Source: Halogeometricum borinquense DSM 11551 (GTDB lineage Archaea > Halobacteriota > Halobacteria > Halobacteriales > Haloferacaceae). From it: a stretch of DNA of 32,000 nt. This document shows, piece by piece, positions 7,483-15,526 of this stretch (its first letter is position 1; the number at the start of each line of letters is the position of its first letter). Where the stretch lies: the NCBI RefSeq assembly GCF_000172995.2, contig NC_014729.1, positions 330,001 to 362,000 on the forward strand, read 5' to 3'. The position numbers and the translations under genes are program-made. Under the pieces are notes generated by a model. The model saw nothing but the letters and a program-made list of their open reading frames with translations, searched no databases and was not told the DNA's origin.

Positions 7483-8207
7483 TTCGACACCTCCGGCTCG
7501 ACCGCGTCGGTATCCGCCGACTCAGCGTCGAACTCCGCGGTCGCAACGTCACGTTCGAGACCTTCGCGCTCTGCGTACGCCAGCGTGTAGTAATCACGTT
7601 CTGCGATTTCCTGCGGATTCGACGTTACGAGCGTCTCACCCTGCTCCATGAAGAGACGGCGTCCGAATTTTACATCGTATCCGGCTTCTGTCAGCCCCTC
7701 GTAGGTCGCGGGGGCGTCGGTGACCTTGAACAGAATCATCCGATCAGGCCCGGTCGGGGCCGCGCCGTTTGCGGCCTCGCGGAGCGAGAGGCCGGTTCCG
7801 GATTCGATTTCGACGCCGAGTGCGGTGGCGAACGCCGTCATCGCACTCACGCCGGGCACGACTTCGAGTTCGACCGCTGGATGGAACGCATCGAGCGTCC
7901 GGCGGAGATGGCCGAACGTCGAATACACGTTCGGGTCGCCGAGCGTCACGAATGCAACGTCACCCGATTCGGCTCTCTCTGCGACCTCTGCGGCGGCTTC
8001 CTTCCACGCGCGTCGGAGTTCGTCCGGGTCGCGCGTCATCGGGAAGTCGAGGTCGCCGATTCGTTCTTCGGGGACGTGGTTCAGCGCGACAGTCCGCGAG
8101 AGTCGGCCCGGAGAGTAGACCACATCGACCGATTCGAGAATCCGCTTTCCTTTGACGGTCACGAGGTCGGCATCGCCGGGACCCAATCCGACGCCGTAGA
8201 CGGTCAT
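7479..8207 (-). CDS. cbiL: Cobalt-factor II (precorrin-2) C20-methyltransferase CbiL
   Basis: Motifs are MTVYGVGLGPGDADLVTVKGKRILESVDVVYSPG, VAFVTLGDPNVYSTF and VVPGVSAMTAFA. Confidence 0.88.
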   Translation of the reverse strand: MTVYGVGLGPGDADLVTVKGKRILESVDVVYSPGRLSRTVALNHVPEERIGDLDFPMTRDPDELRRAWKEAAAEVAERAESGDVAFVTLGDPNVYSTFGHLRRTLDAFHPAVELEVVPGVSAMTAFATALGVEIESGTGLSLREAANGAAPTGPDRMILFKVTDAPATYEGLTEAGYDVKFGRRLFMEQGETLVTSNPQEIAERDYYTLAYAEREGLERDVATAEFDAESADTDAVEPEVSK

Positions 8208-8764
8208 CAGTCCAGCCCTCCGGCGTCGCGCCGTCCGACGATGATGTACACCGGATTGTTGGATTTGAAACTCGTCGCTCCGGCGAGTTCGTAGCCGTGG
8301 CTCACCTGCATCTGGACGACTTCGTCGAGCAGGTCACGTTCGCGGAAGGCCTCGATTGCCGCACCGGTCGGTTCGACCCGCGAGACGTTCATGACGACGC
8401 GGTCGATTTCGGATTTGACGGCGTGGTCCAGCACCGCCTCGAAGTTCCGGCTCCCGCCGATGAACATCGCATCCGCGTCGTCCGGGAGACCTGCCGGTGC
8501 TTCCGCCTCGTGGAGCGCTACGTCGGCATCGTACTCGTTCGCCGCGAGGTTCTTCCGCGTCACCTCCAGTCGCTTTGCCTTTCGTTCGACAGCGGTCACC
8601 CGTTTGACTCGTTGCGCCGCTTCGATGCTAACCGACCCGGTACACGACCCGACATCGACGAAGTGGTCAGTCGGACGTAAGTCGAGTTTGTCGAGCGTTA
8701 CCGCTCGCACCTCCGACTTCGTCGGTCCTGCCTTGGCGTCGTGCGGGAGCGTTACGCGTGACAT
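8207..8764 (-). CDS. cbiT: Cobalt-precorrin-6B C15-methyltransferase (decarboxylating) CbiT, first gene of the operon
   Basis: PTKSEVRAVTLDKLDLRPTDHFVDVGSCTGSVSIEAA is a class I SAM methyltransferase motif in the CbiT context. The gene is 185 aa and overlaps the cbiL start by 1 nt. Confidence 0.88.
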   Translation of the reverse strand: MSRVTLPHDAKAGPTKSEVRAVTLDKLDLRPTDHFVDVGSCTGSVSIEAAQRVKRVTAVERKAKRLEVTRKNLAANEYDADVALHEAEAPAGLPDDADAMFIGGSRNFEAVLDHAVKSEIDRVVMNVSRVEPTGAAIEAFRERDLLDEVVQMQVSHGYELAGATSFKSNNPVYIIVGRRDAGGLD

Positions 8765-8929
8765 TCGAATCTACTATCCAGACGACGTTTGAAAACAATT
8801 ATGCTTGTAGTACAGCAAACTGAGTTTCACAACCGATGCGGCTGTAATTATTAAACCCGAGTTGCGTTAGAACAATCAAAATTGATTTATGTCGGTGCTC
8901 TCATCGAACCGACACGGAGAGATTCACTA
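8765..8929. promoter_or_regulatory. AT-rich divergent control region between the cbiT operon and cbiMNQO
   Basis: This is a 165-bp AT-rich spacer in a GC-rich genome. TATA-like AATTAT lies at 8797-8802, about 35 nt from the cbiT ATG on the minus strand. AATTATTAAA at 8846-8855 and ATTTAT at 8885-8890 lie upstream of cbiM. There is an imperfect palindrome GCTTGTAGTACAGC at 8803-8816 and a 5-bp hairpin GTCGG...CCGAC at 8891-8913. Confidence 0.5.
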
Positions 8930-9592
8930 ATGCACATCATGGAAGGGTTTTTGCCACCGTTTTGGGCGTTCGTTTGGACGGCGGTCGCGCTCCCGTTCGT
9001 CGCCTACGGAGCCAAGCGAACGATCAAAACGATGCGGGCAGACACCAAAATGAAGGCGCTCATCGCAATCGGGACGGCGTTCGTCTTCGTTCTCTCGGCG
9101 CTCAAACTCCCATCGGTGACCGGGAGTAGTTCGCACCCGACTGGGACAGGTGTCATGGTCGTCCTGTTCGGTCCGGCAGTCACCGCTTTCGCCGCCGCTA
9201 TCGTCCTCCTCTATCAGTCTTTACTGCTTGCCCACGGAGGACTGACGACGCTCGGTGCGAACGTTGTGGCAATGGGAATCGTCGGCCCGTTCGTCGGTTG
9301 GGTCGCATACCGTGCCGTTCGGTCGTCCCTCTCGCTCGAACAATCGACGTTCGTCGCCGCGGTACTCGCTGACTGGACGACGTATCTCACCACATCGGTC
9401 CAACTTGGGGTAGCGTTCCCCGGAGGTGGTGGAATCGATGGTATACTCACATCAGTCATCGACTTCGTTGCGGTGTTCGCCATCACGCAAGTCCCCATTG
9501 GGATTCTCGAAGGTGTCATCGCGGCGGCACTCGTCGGCTATCTCGCTCGCGTGGGTTCAGTTACGAAAGACCGTCTGGGGGTCACAGCATGA
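8930..9592 (+). CDS. cbiM: Cobalt ECF transporter substrate-capture component CbiM
   Basis: I placed the start at ATG 8930, giving MHIMEGFLPPFWAF. The Met-His N-terminus is the conserved metal-ligating start of CbiM/NikM. The protein is multi-pass hydrophobic. The ORF-track TTG start at 8882 is rejected. Confidence 0.9.
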   Translation: MHIMEGFLPPFWAFVWTAVALPFVAYGAKRTIKTMRADTKMKALIAIGTAFVFVLSALKLPSVTGSSSHPTGTGVMVVLFGPAVTAFAAAIVLLYQSLLLAHGGLTTLGANVVAMGIVGPFVGWVAYRAVRSSLSLEQSTFVAAVLADWTTYLTTSVQLGVAFPGGGGIDGILTSVIDFVAVFAITQVPIGILEGVIAAALVGYLARVGSVTKDRLGVTA

Positions 9593-9861
9593 AACGTCCG
9601 CTCGCGGCTGGTCTGTTGGTTGTCGGTCTCGTCATCCTCAGTACGATAGCGGTGTCTGGGCTGGGGGCGACAGACGAACAGGCGGTCGCAACGATCACAG
9701 ACAAGGATCCGAACTACAGTCCGTGGATGGGCCCCGTATGGGAACCACCGGGTGGGTACGGAGAGATGGCGCTGTTCGCACTACAGGGAGGTGTTGCGGC
9801 CTTCGTCCTGACGTACTACGTCGAGCGCCTCACGGACGGGACGTATGCATCAGACGCTTGA
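9589..9861 (+). CDS. cbiN: Cobalt transport protein CbiN
   Basis: The 90-aa protein has two TM segments flanking ...DKDPNYSPWMGPVWEPPGGYGEMALFALQ. It has an ATGA overlap with cbiM. Confidence 0.85.
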   Translation: MKRPLAAGLLVVGLVILSTIAVSGLGATDEQAVATITDKDPNYSPWMGPVWEPPGGYGEMALFALQGGVAAFVLTYYVERLTDGTYASDA

Positions 9862-10576
9862 AGGCATTCAGGCCGAAGCGACGCCGGTCATCGACGGGCC
9901 GCTGAAAGTATATTTTGTCGCGGTCTCGCTGTTGTTGACTGCGACGAGCGCTCGCCTTCCGACGTTCGTCGCCGTCATCGTTGTCTTCTCGGTTCTCACG
10001 ACGCACGCCGTCGGACGGGCGTATTTCAGATTCGTTCGGTATCCGTTCTGGTTTCTGGTCCCGAGCCTCGCCCTGATTACGTTCGTCACTCCCGGTCAGA
10101 CGGTCTTCGAGTATTCCGTCCTTCACGTCTCTGAGGAGGGGGTTCGACTTGCGATACGGACTGGCCTGCGCTCAGTCGCGTCGCTGTCGGTGCTCTCGTT
10201 TCTCGCGCTCACTACGACTGTTCCGCAACTCGTCTCTGCGTTGGACAGACTGGGTCTTCCCGATTCGATTGTCGAGATGCTGCTGTTGGTGTACCGCGGC
10301 ATTCAGGTACTGATCGACGAATCGATTCGGCTGTACACCGCCGCAAAACTCCGCGGTGGGTTCACGTCTCGACGCTCGACGTTCCGAACGACGAAACACG
10401 TCGCAACATCACTGCTTTTGAGTTCGCTCGACAGCGCAGAACAACTCGACTTGTCGATGCGCTCGCGGTGCTACTCCGGTCGCTTCCCAGTTCGAGAGTA
10501 CGAGAGCCACGGTCACGCGTACGCACTGGGTGTGCTCGCTGTCATCGTGTTCGTGAAATTCGGACAGCTGCTATGA
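9845..10576 (+). CDS. cbiQ: ECF transporter transmembrane (T) component CbiQ
   Basis: The protein is hydrophobic, with ...LRSVASLSVLSFLALTTTVPQLVSALDRLGLP...LLLVYRGIQVLIDE...AAKLRGG, the ARG-type coupling motif region of EcfT/CbiQ. Confidence 0.85.
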   Translation: MHQTLEGIQAEATPVIDGPLKVYFVAVSLLLTATSARLPTFVAVIVVFSVLTTHAVGRAYFRFVRYPFWFLVPSLALITFVTPGQTVFEYSVLHVSEEGVRLAIRTGLRSVASLSVLSFLALTTTVPQLVSALDRLGLPDSIVEMLLLVYRGIQVLIDESIRLYTAAKLRGGFTSRRSTFRTTKHVATSLLLSSLDSAEQLDLSMRSRCYSGRFPVREYESHGHAYALGVLAVIVFVKFGQLL

Positions 10577-11268
10577 TACGCACTGACGACCTTCATTTCG
10601 GCTACGACGAACAGTCTATCCTCCGTGGAATCGACTTCCGCGCCGAGACGGGAGACGTAACGGTCCTGCTCGGGCGGAACGGCGCCGGTAAATCGACGCT
10701 TCTCAAGCATCTCAACGGACTTCTCGAACCCGACCGCGGTCACGTGATGATCGACGGCGACCGGATTCAGTACGACGACGATAGCCTCCTCAGCCTCCGA
10801 CAGGAGGTCGGATTCGTGTTTCAGGACCCCGACGACCAACTCGTCGCCCCGACGGTCGAACAGGACGTGGCGTTCGGTCCGATCAACCTCGGCACCGACC
10901 CGACTGAAGCCGTCGAGTGGGCGCTCTCCCGCGTCGGCCTTGCGGGCTACGAAGATCGTCTGTGTAGCCGACTGAGCGGTGGCGAGAAAAAGCGCGTCGC
11001 ACTGGCGGGCGTCCTCGCCATGAAGCCGAAATACCTCATTTTCGATGAACCGACGGCCGGTCTCGACGGTGATGGGACGCGCGCACTCGTTGATCTCATT
11101 CGTGAACTCACGAACGAGGGCATCTCTTTCGTCGTTTCGACCCACTACCCCGACTTTGCCGCTGCAGTCGGCGATACGTTCACGCTAATCGACGATGGAC
11201 AGGTCGCCTGCCGTGAGTCGTCGCTCGATGAAATTCCCGCAAAGAAGTATGGGCTGAGAGGAGTCTGA
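10573..11268 (+). CDS. cbiO: ECF/cobalt ABC transporter ATPase CbiO
   Basis: I placed the start at ATG 10573 (MIRTDDLHFGY), which has an ATGA overlap with the cbiQ stop. Walker A is GRNGAGKST, the signature is LSGGEKKRVALAG and Walker B is LIFDEPTAGLD. Confidence 0.9.
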   Translation: MIRTDDLHFGYDEQSILRGIDFRAETGDVTVLLGRNGAGKSTLLKHLNGLLEPDRGHVMIDGDRIQYDDDSLLSLRQEVGFVFQDPDDQLVAPTVEQDVAFGPINLGTDPTEAVEWALSRVGLAGYEDRLCSRLSGGEKKRVALAGVLAMKPKYLIFDEPTAGLDGDGTRALVDLIRELTNEGISFVVSTHYPDFAAAVGDTFTLIDDGQVACRESSLDEIPAKKYGLRGV

Positions 11269-11367
11269 CACTTCGTAAGTATCTCGTATATCGATGTAAA
11301 CGGCCGTTTTGGTTCCTATCACTCTCCATGAGGATACTCATTTATACGCGCAGTGATGTGTGTCACT

Positions 11368-12012
11368 ATGCATCAGGCCGTACTCCGAATTAACAGCAAC
11401 ACCCCGTACGAACGAGCGACTGCTGGGTCTGATGCGCGAATCGAGTTGTGGTGTAACAACCACTGTGACCTGCTCTCCGTCGATGGTCGCGTCGGTGAGG
11501 AGGTGTTCGATCATATCGAGGAGACGGTCGGGGTGTACAACGAACTCCGCGGCGAACACGGCCGCGTAATCGTTACGGATGCCTGTTTGAAGGCTCACAG
11601 CAAGCACAACATCGAACCGTATCTGGAATCCAACAACTGCCTGCTTGTGCCGCCAATCCGCTACGAAGGCGGTGCCAAGCGCGTTCGTGTGCTTGCTTCC
11701 CGTGCGGAGGATCTCACGAACTTCTACGCCGAGATTACCGAAACGTACGAGGTTCACGTAGAGTCGAAGAGAGAAATCACGGCGGTGTTTGCAGACCAGC
11801 CTGTCGTGTCGTTGCAGGCGCTCTTACCGACACTATCACCCCGTCAACGCGAGATTTTCACCCTCGCACACGAGCGTGGTTATTACGAAATTCCCCGTGA
11901 AACCACGACGACCGAACTGGCCGAAGAAGTCGGAATCCAGCGCCGCACGCTCGAACATCATCTTCGCCGCACTGAGGAGAAACTCGCGGACGCGTTCGTC
12001 GAATTGCTCTGA
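11368..12012 (+). CDS. HTH_10 (bat-type) helix-turn-helix transcriptional regulator
   Basis: The C-terminal LSPRQREIFTLAHERGYYEIPRETTTTELAEEVGIQRRTLEHHLRRTEEKL is the haloarchaeal HTH_10 signature. TTTATA at 11341-11346 lies 27 nt before ATG 11368, which suggests a leaderless transcript. Alternative in-frame starts are at 11353 and 11356. Confidence 0.8.
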   Translation: MHQAVLRINSNTPYERATAGSDARIELWCNNHCDLLSVDGRVGEEVFDHIEETVGVYNELRGEHGRVIVTDACLKAHSKHNIEPYLESNNCLLVPPIRYEGGAKRVRVLASRAEDLTNFYAEITETYEVHVESKREITAVFADQPVVSLQALLPTLSPRQREIFTLAHERGYYEIPRETTTTELAEEVGIQRRTLEHHLRRTEEKLADAFVELL

Positions 12013-12056
12013 GCGTCGTTTGTCAGGAAGGCGCGGCGTTCCGGAGTGTCCCCTGC

Positions 12057-13517
12057 TCAACCGAGGAGACCGATAGCCGCGGCGAGGTGCGTCATTCCTG
12101 CGATTATCGGGACCAGAATGACGGTCCGCATGACGAACAGCGCCACGAGGTCACGGAAGCGAATCGGAACGTCGCTGAACATGTCCATCGTCATCGGGCC
12201 GACGCTCGAAAAGAAGATCAGCTGAGAGACGGCCAGCACGGCGATGAAGAACTTCGCTTTGAGCGCCGTTTCCGTGACCAAGAGGACGGGGACGTACATC
12301 TCGGTGATGCCGACGATTGTGGCCGGGGCGACCGTCTCCGCGTTCGGAATCCCGAGCGCAGCAATCACCGGTGTCAGCGGCCGGCCGAGAATGTCGAAGA
12401 TGGGCGTATTCGCCGACAGTAACGTGGCCGCGAGTCCCACAGTCAGGATCGTTCCGAGGATGAGTGTCGTGAGTTTCAGCCCGTCAACGAACCCCCGCTT
12501 GGCCGCCTCCAAGAACGACTCGCCTTCGTCGGCTTTCTCGACCGCTTCGGCCAGTGCCAGACGGAAGTACTCCCTGATCGATCCGGAAAACGCTGTCTCC
12601 GGATCGGGTTCGGTGATGTACTCCGCAGGCACACGCGAAATCGGAGGGATACGAACCAAGATTGCGGCAGTCACGATGACGCACAGGAAATAGGCTCCAA
12701 AGACCACCGGAAACAGTTGCAGAATATCGAGAGTCGCCGCAACGACGCCGACGAACCCGATGCTCACCGTCGAAAAACACGTTGCGATGGTGAACACATC
12801 GCGTTTGTTGTAGCCGCCCTGTTCGAACACGTTGCGGGTGACGTACAGTCCGACACTGTACGAACCGACCCACGAGGCGAGACTGTCCAGCGCCGCCCGT
12901 CCAGGGATTTTGAACAGCGGGCGCATCACCGGGCGAGCGATTGTCCCGACGAACTCCAACCCTCCTAACTCGACGAAGATTGTGATAAACACCGCGCCGA
13001 TGGGGATGATGACGCCGACGCTGTACACGAGTGTTCCCCACATGAGACCGCCAGTTCCGGGAGTGTGGAGCCAGCTTGGGCCCAGTTTAAAGAACATGAC
13101 TGGTGCGACAACGACACCCGCGAGACGGAGTATCCAGAATGCAACCGATGTATCGAAATACGAGAGGTCGTATCCGGCAACCGTTCCGTCACCGACTCTC
13201 GCCGCCGTGGTCAACACGCCGCCAGCGACGATTATCGCAAGCGCGTACACGCCGACCGCCGTGGGAAAGGTCTCCGTGATCGTACTCACTACGATGTCGA
13301 ACGGGACCGTCAGTTCACCCTGATACGGCACGGGAACGAGGAAGAACACTGCACCGATCAGGAACGCGGTGACGAACTTGACGACTGGTTGCCTGCGAAT
13401 CTCGTGGAGATCGAGTTCTTCGATACTCTTTGCGTGCCGCTCCTGTTCGACTGTCCACGTCTGCTCGGCCTGTTTGCCTTCTGTTGCCATACCTGGCTGT
13501 TTGTTAATGTATTGCAT
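12057..13517 (-). CDS. Large polytopic membrane protein, probably nucleoside-recognition (Gate) domain / YjiH-like transporter
   Basis: The 486-aa protein has about 10 or more hydrophobic segments. The block FKIPGRAALDSLASWVGSYSVGLYVTRNVFEQGGYNKRDVFTIATCFSTVSIGF resembles Gate-domain proteins. The family assignment is from memory only. Confidence 0.55.
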   Translation of the reverse strand: MQYINKQPGMATEGKQAEQTWTVEQERHAKSIEELDLHEIRRQPVVKFVTAFLIGAVFFLVPVPYQGELTVPFDIVVSTITETFPTAVGVYALAIIVAGGVLTTAARVGDGTVAGYDLSYFDTSVAFWILRLAGVVVAPVMFFKLGPSWLHTPGTGGLMWGTLVYSVGVIIPIGAVFITIFVELGGLEFVGTIARPVMRPLFKIPGRAALDSLASWVGSYSVGLYVTRNVFEQGGYNKRDVFTIATCFSTVSIGFVGVVAATLDILQLFPVVFGAYFLCVIVTAAILVRIPPISRVPAEYITEPDPETAFSGSIREYFRLALAEAVEKADEGESFLEAAKRGFVDGLKLTTLILGTILTVGLAATLLSANTPIFDILGRPLTPVIAALGIPNAETVAPATIVGITEMYVPVLLVTETALKAKFFIAVLAVSQLIFFSSVGPMTMDMFSDVPIRFRDLVALFVMRTVILVPIIAGMTHLAAAIGLLG

Positions 13518-13560
13518 AGGATTGGGATCTCCGAATGGAGTGTCCTATATATGGCTCAGA

Positions 13561-14116
13561 GGCTCTGTTGAAATTCCATTCTTCAGAATAAACTGGGCTG
13601 AAACAGCCGGGTGAAGAATGCGTACTGCTTAGTATCCTTTTATTATGTGGGAGTGACAGGATCAGAATGATGGTCCTCGGGCTCATCCTTTCCGGTCTAA
13701 TTGGATTCGTGCTTGTGATGATTGCGACCTATGCTGGGGCACTCCGGGCGTTAGAAGTCTACTTCGACCCGAAACAAAACAGCATATTCCTCTCAGACGA
13801 TCACGAGCCACCAGGTGGTCAGTAATTTCGGGCTCTGTTGAAACCCTCAGACCTTGACACAGACAGCGGGTGAGTCTTTCAATCAGGGTACTCAGAACTG
13901 AACGACTATCCTCTACTGGTCGTCAAGTGTTGGGAACTCCAAGTCAAGTCTCCCGCTCAGTGAATAGCCACTACTGAGTAATCCACTGCCACCGAGTTCG
14001 ATTTCGCCATCGATGAGGAGTTCGGTACCTGCCTTCTCTCGAGGCTGGACAACGAGGTCGAGTGTGCTAATCGTCTCGTCTTTGAGGTTATCAGTAACTG
14101 GGGTTCAACAGAGCCG
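13561..14116. mobile_element. Inverted-repeat-bounded non-autonomous element or IS remnant (MITE-like), with three copies of GGCTCTGTTGAA
   Basis: The copies are GGCTCTGTTGAAATTCC at 13561, GGGCTCTGTTGAAACCC at 13830-13847 (same orientation) and GGGGTTCAACAGAGCC at 14101-14116 (inverted). CTCAGA abuts the left end (13555-13560) and recurs 2 nt outside the right end (14118-14123). The region is AT-rich and no transposase is present. Confidence 0.45.
13667..13825 (+). CDS. Possible 52-aa single-pass membrane micro-protein
   Basis: The translation is ATG ATG ... MMVLGLILSGLIGFVLVMIATYAGALRALEVYFDPKQNSIFLSDHEPPGGQ*. It has one clear TM helix and an acidic tail, and lies between two same-orientation repeat copies. 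It is below the ORF-track size cut-off. Confidence 0.3.
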   Translation: MMVLGLILSGLIGFVLVMIATYAGALRALEVYFDPKQNSIFLSDDHEPPGGQ

Positions 14117-14294
14117 ACTCAGAATATTTCCCTGCCTTGCAGACTATCTGACTCAAGGAGAAAGTCCCGTCCTTTAGGGCGTTACCAGAACGCAGAGCGT
14201 TCTGGTTGCCCGCCAGACGTCGTCTACCGACGGGCGTGAATCCGACACTCCATGACACAGACCACGTTCGACACTCTCGCGGTTGCTGCTCGAG

Positions 14295-14828
14295 TTAATC
14301 GCTGTTCGAGAGGATTTTGTGCCACGCCTTGTGCGTCTTCGTCACGGGCACAGTCTCGTACCGTTCGACCGCGTCGTGGGTCTGTAACTGTGCTCTGAGA
14401 TAGCTCTTAATATCTGAGAGCGACGCGTGCCACACACGGAGCAACAGGTCGTATTTCCCCATGTACTCGTCGATTTCGTAGATGAGTTCCTCGCCTTCGA
14501 TTTTCGAAAGAAAGTCATCGAAATCGTCCTGACTAATATCCGAATTGAGGGTTACGAACGCGTCGGCGTACGCGAGTTCGGCCTCTTGGAGTACGAGTAC
14601 CCCGAGTACGTCAACGAGTCCTTCACTCTGTAGCTTCTCCCGCCGCCGGCGTGCTGCGGTCCGCGACAGACCGACACGTTCGCCCAGTTCTGTGTCGGAG
14701 ATCCGACCGTCGCGGTTTAGCTCCTTGTAGATGCGGTAGTCTGTCTCGTCGAGATACTCCGTGAGGATCCGCTTTACTTTCTCGTTCTCCAACCACTCTG
14801 TTGTCGGTTGTGACCGTCTGTCACCCAT
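14295..14828 (-). CDS. Lrp/AsnC family transcriptional regulator (177 aa, with N-terminal extension)
   Basis: DYRIYKELNRDGRISDTELGERVGLSRTAARRRREKLQSEGLV is the HTH_AsnC motif. It is followed by an RAM-like ligand domain (AYADAFVTLNSD...YDLLLRVW). Confidence 0.85.
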   Translation of the reverse strand: MGDRRSQPTTEWLENEKVKRILTEYLDETDYRIYKELNRDGRISDTELGERVGLSRTAARRRREKLQSEGLVDVLGVLVLQEAELAYADAFVTLNSDISQDDFDDFLSKIEGEELIYEIDEYMGKYDLLLRVWHASLSDIKSYLRAQLQTHDAVERYETVPVTKTHKAWHKILSNSD

Positions 14829-15057
14829 CTGTGAGTCTTTTCAGTGTCAACCCACCTTACATTGACGGTCGGATTGCAATCACTACCTATTCAATGTGAA
14901 CGCTCTCTTACTTTTTCAATTTCCGTGCTGAGACTTTGTTTCTTTTCGAGTTCACCCGTCTAGTGAGGGTATGATCCGGTTGTGATCCCGGTAGGTCGGT
15001 TCAAATGTATCGGTTTGTCGTCTATTCGAAATATCTCTCTGTTGTCTTCATATCAGT

Positions 15058-15297
15058 TCAGCTATCAAATTCGTCACCGTACTGTTCGTAGGTAATCGTC
15101 AGTTTCCCCGTCGTTGGTTGTCTCGCTTCCTCTCGAAGTGTTTTGAACTCTTGAAGGATCGCGGTTGCGTCGTCTGTTCCTTCTCGGACGCTTCGTGACT
15201 CTTCTCGAATCGTGTCGTACGCTTGTTCTAGGATGCGCCGCACAGCGTACGAATCAGATTTTGAGTGTATCTCGAAGGTCGCTTCGTGTTTCGACAT
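15058..15297 (-). CDS. Small acidic hypothetical protein (79 aa)
   Basis: The ORF has an ATG start and acidic, helical-looking composition (MSKHEATFEIHSKSDSYAVRRILEQAYDTIREESRSVREG...). It sits in an AT-rich accessory stretch and I recognise no family. Confidence 0.5.
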   Translation of the reverse strand: MSKHEATFEIHSKSDSYAVRRILEQAYDTIREESRSVREGTDDATAILQEFKTLREEARQPTTGKLTITYEQYGDEFDS

Positions 15298-15526
15298 ACT
15301 CGTGATTGGTTCTCTGGTGAGTTAACAGATACCATGTCGCATTCTTTCTCGGGTATTCTTCTGGGCACTGCGCTTCAATTTCAGTGTCAGTGAAAAGACG
15401 TGGTTGCGGAGCGTTCGTGGCGGATCTCGTATGGATGTGGCGAGACAATGCCCGCCAAATTTCCGAGTGTATCCGGGGTCGAGAGCCATCAACACCCACA
15501 TTAGTCCCGACCGAAATCGGAACGAT

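Noticed and set aside
8765-8929. Possible cobalamin riboswitch in the cbiT/cbiM spacer
   Set aside because: I could not see a B12-box-like conserved core by eye, and such riboswitches are not established in archaea. A covariance-model scan would be needed to exclude one formally.
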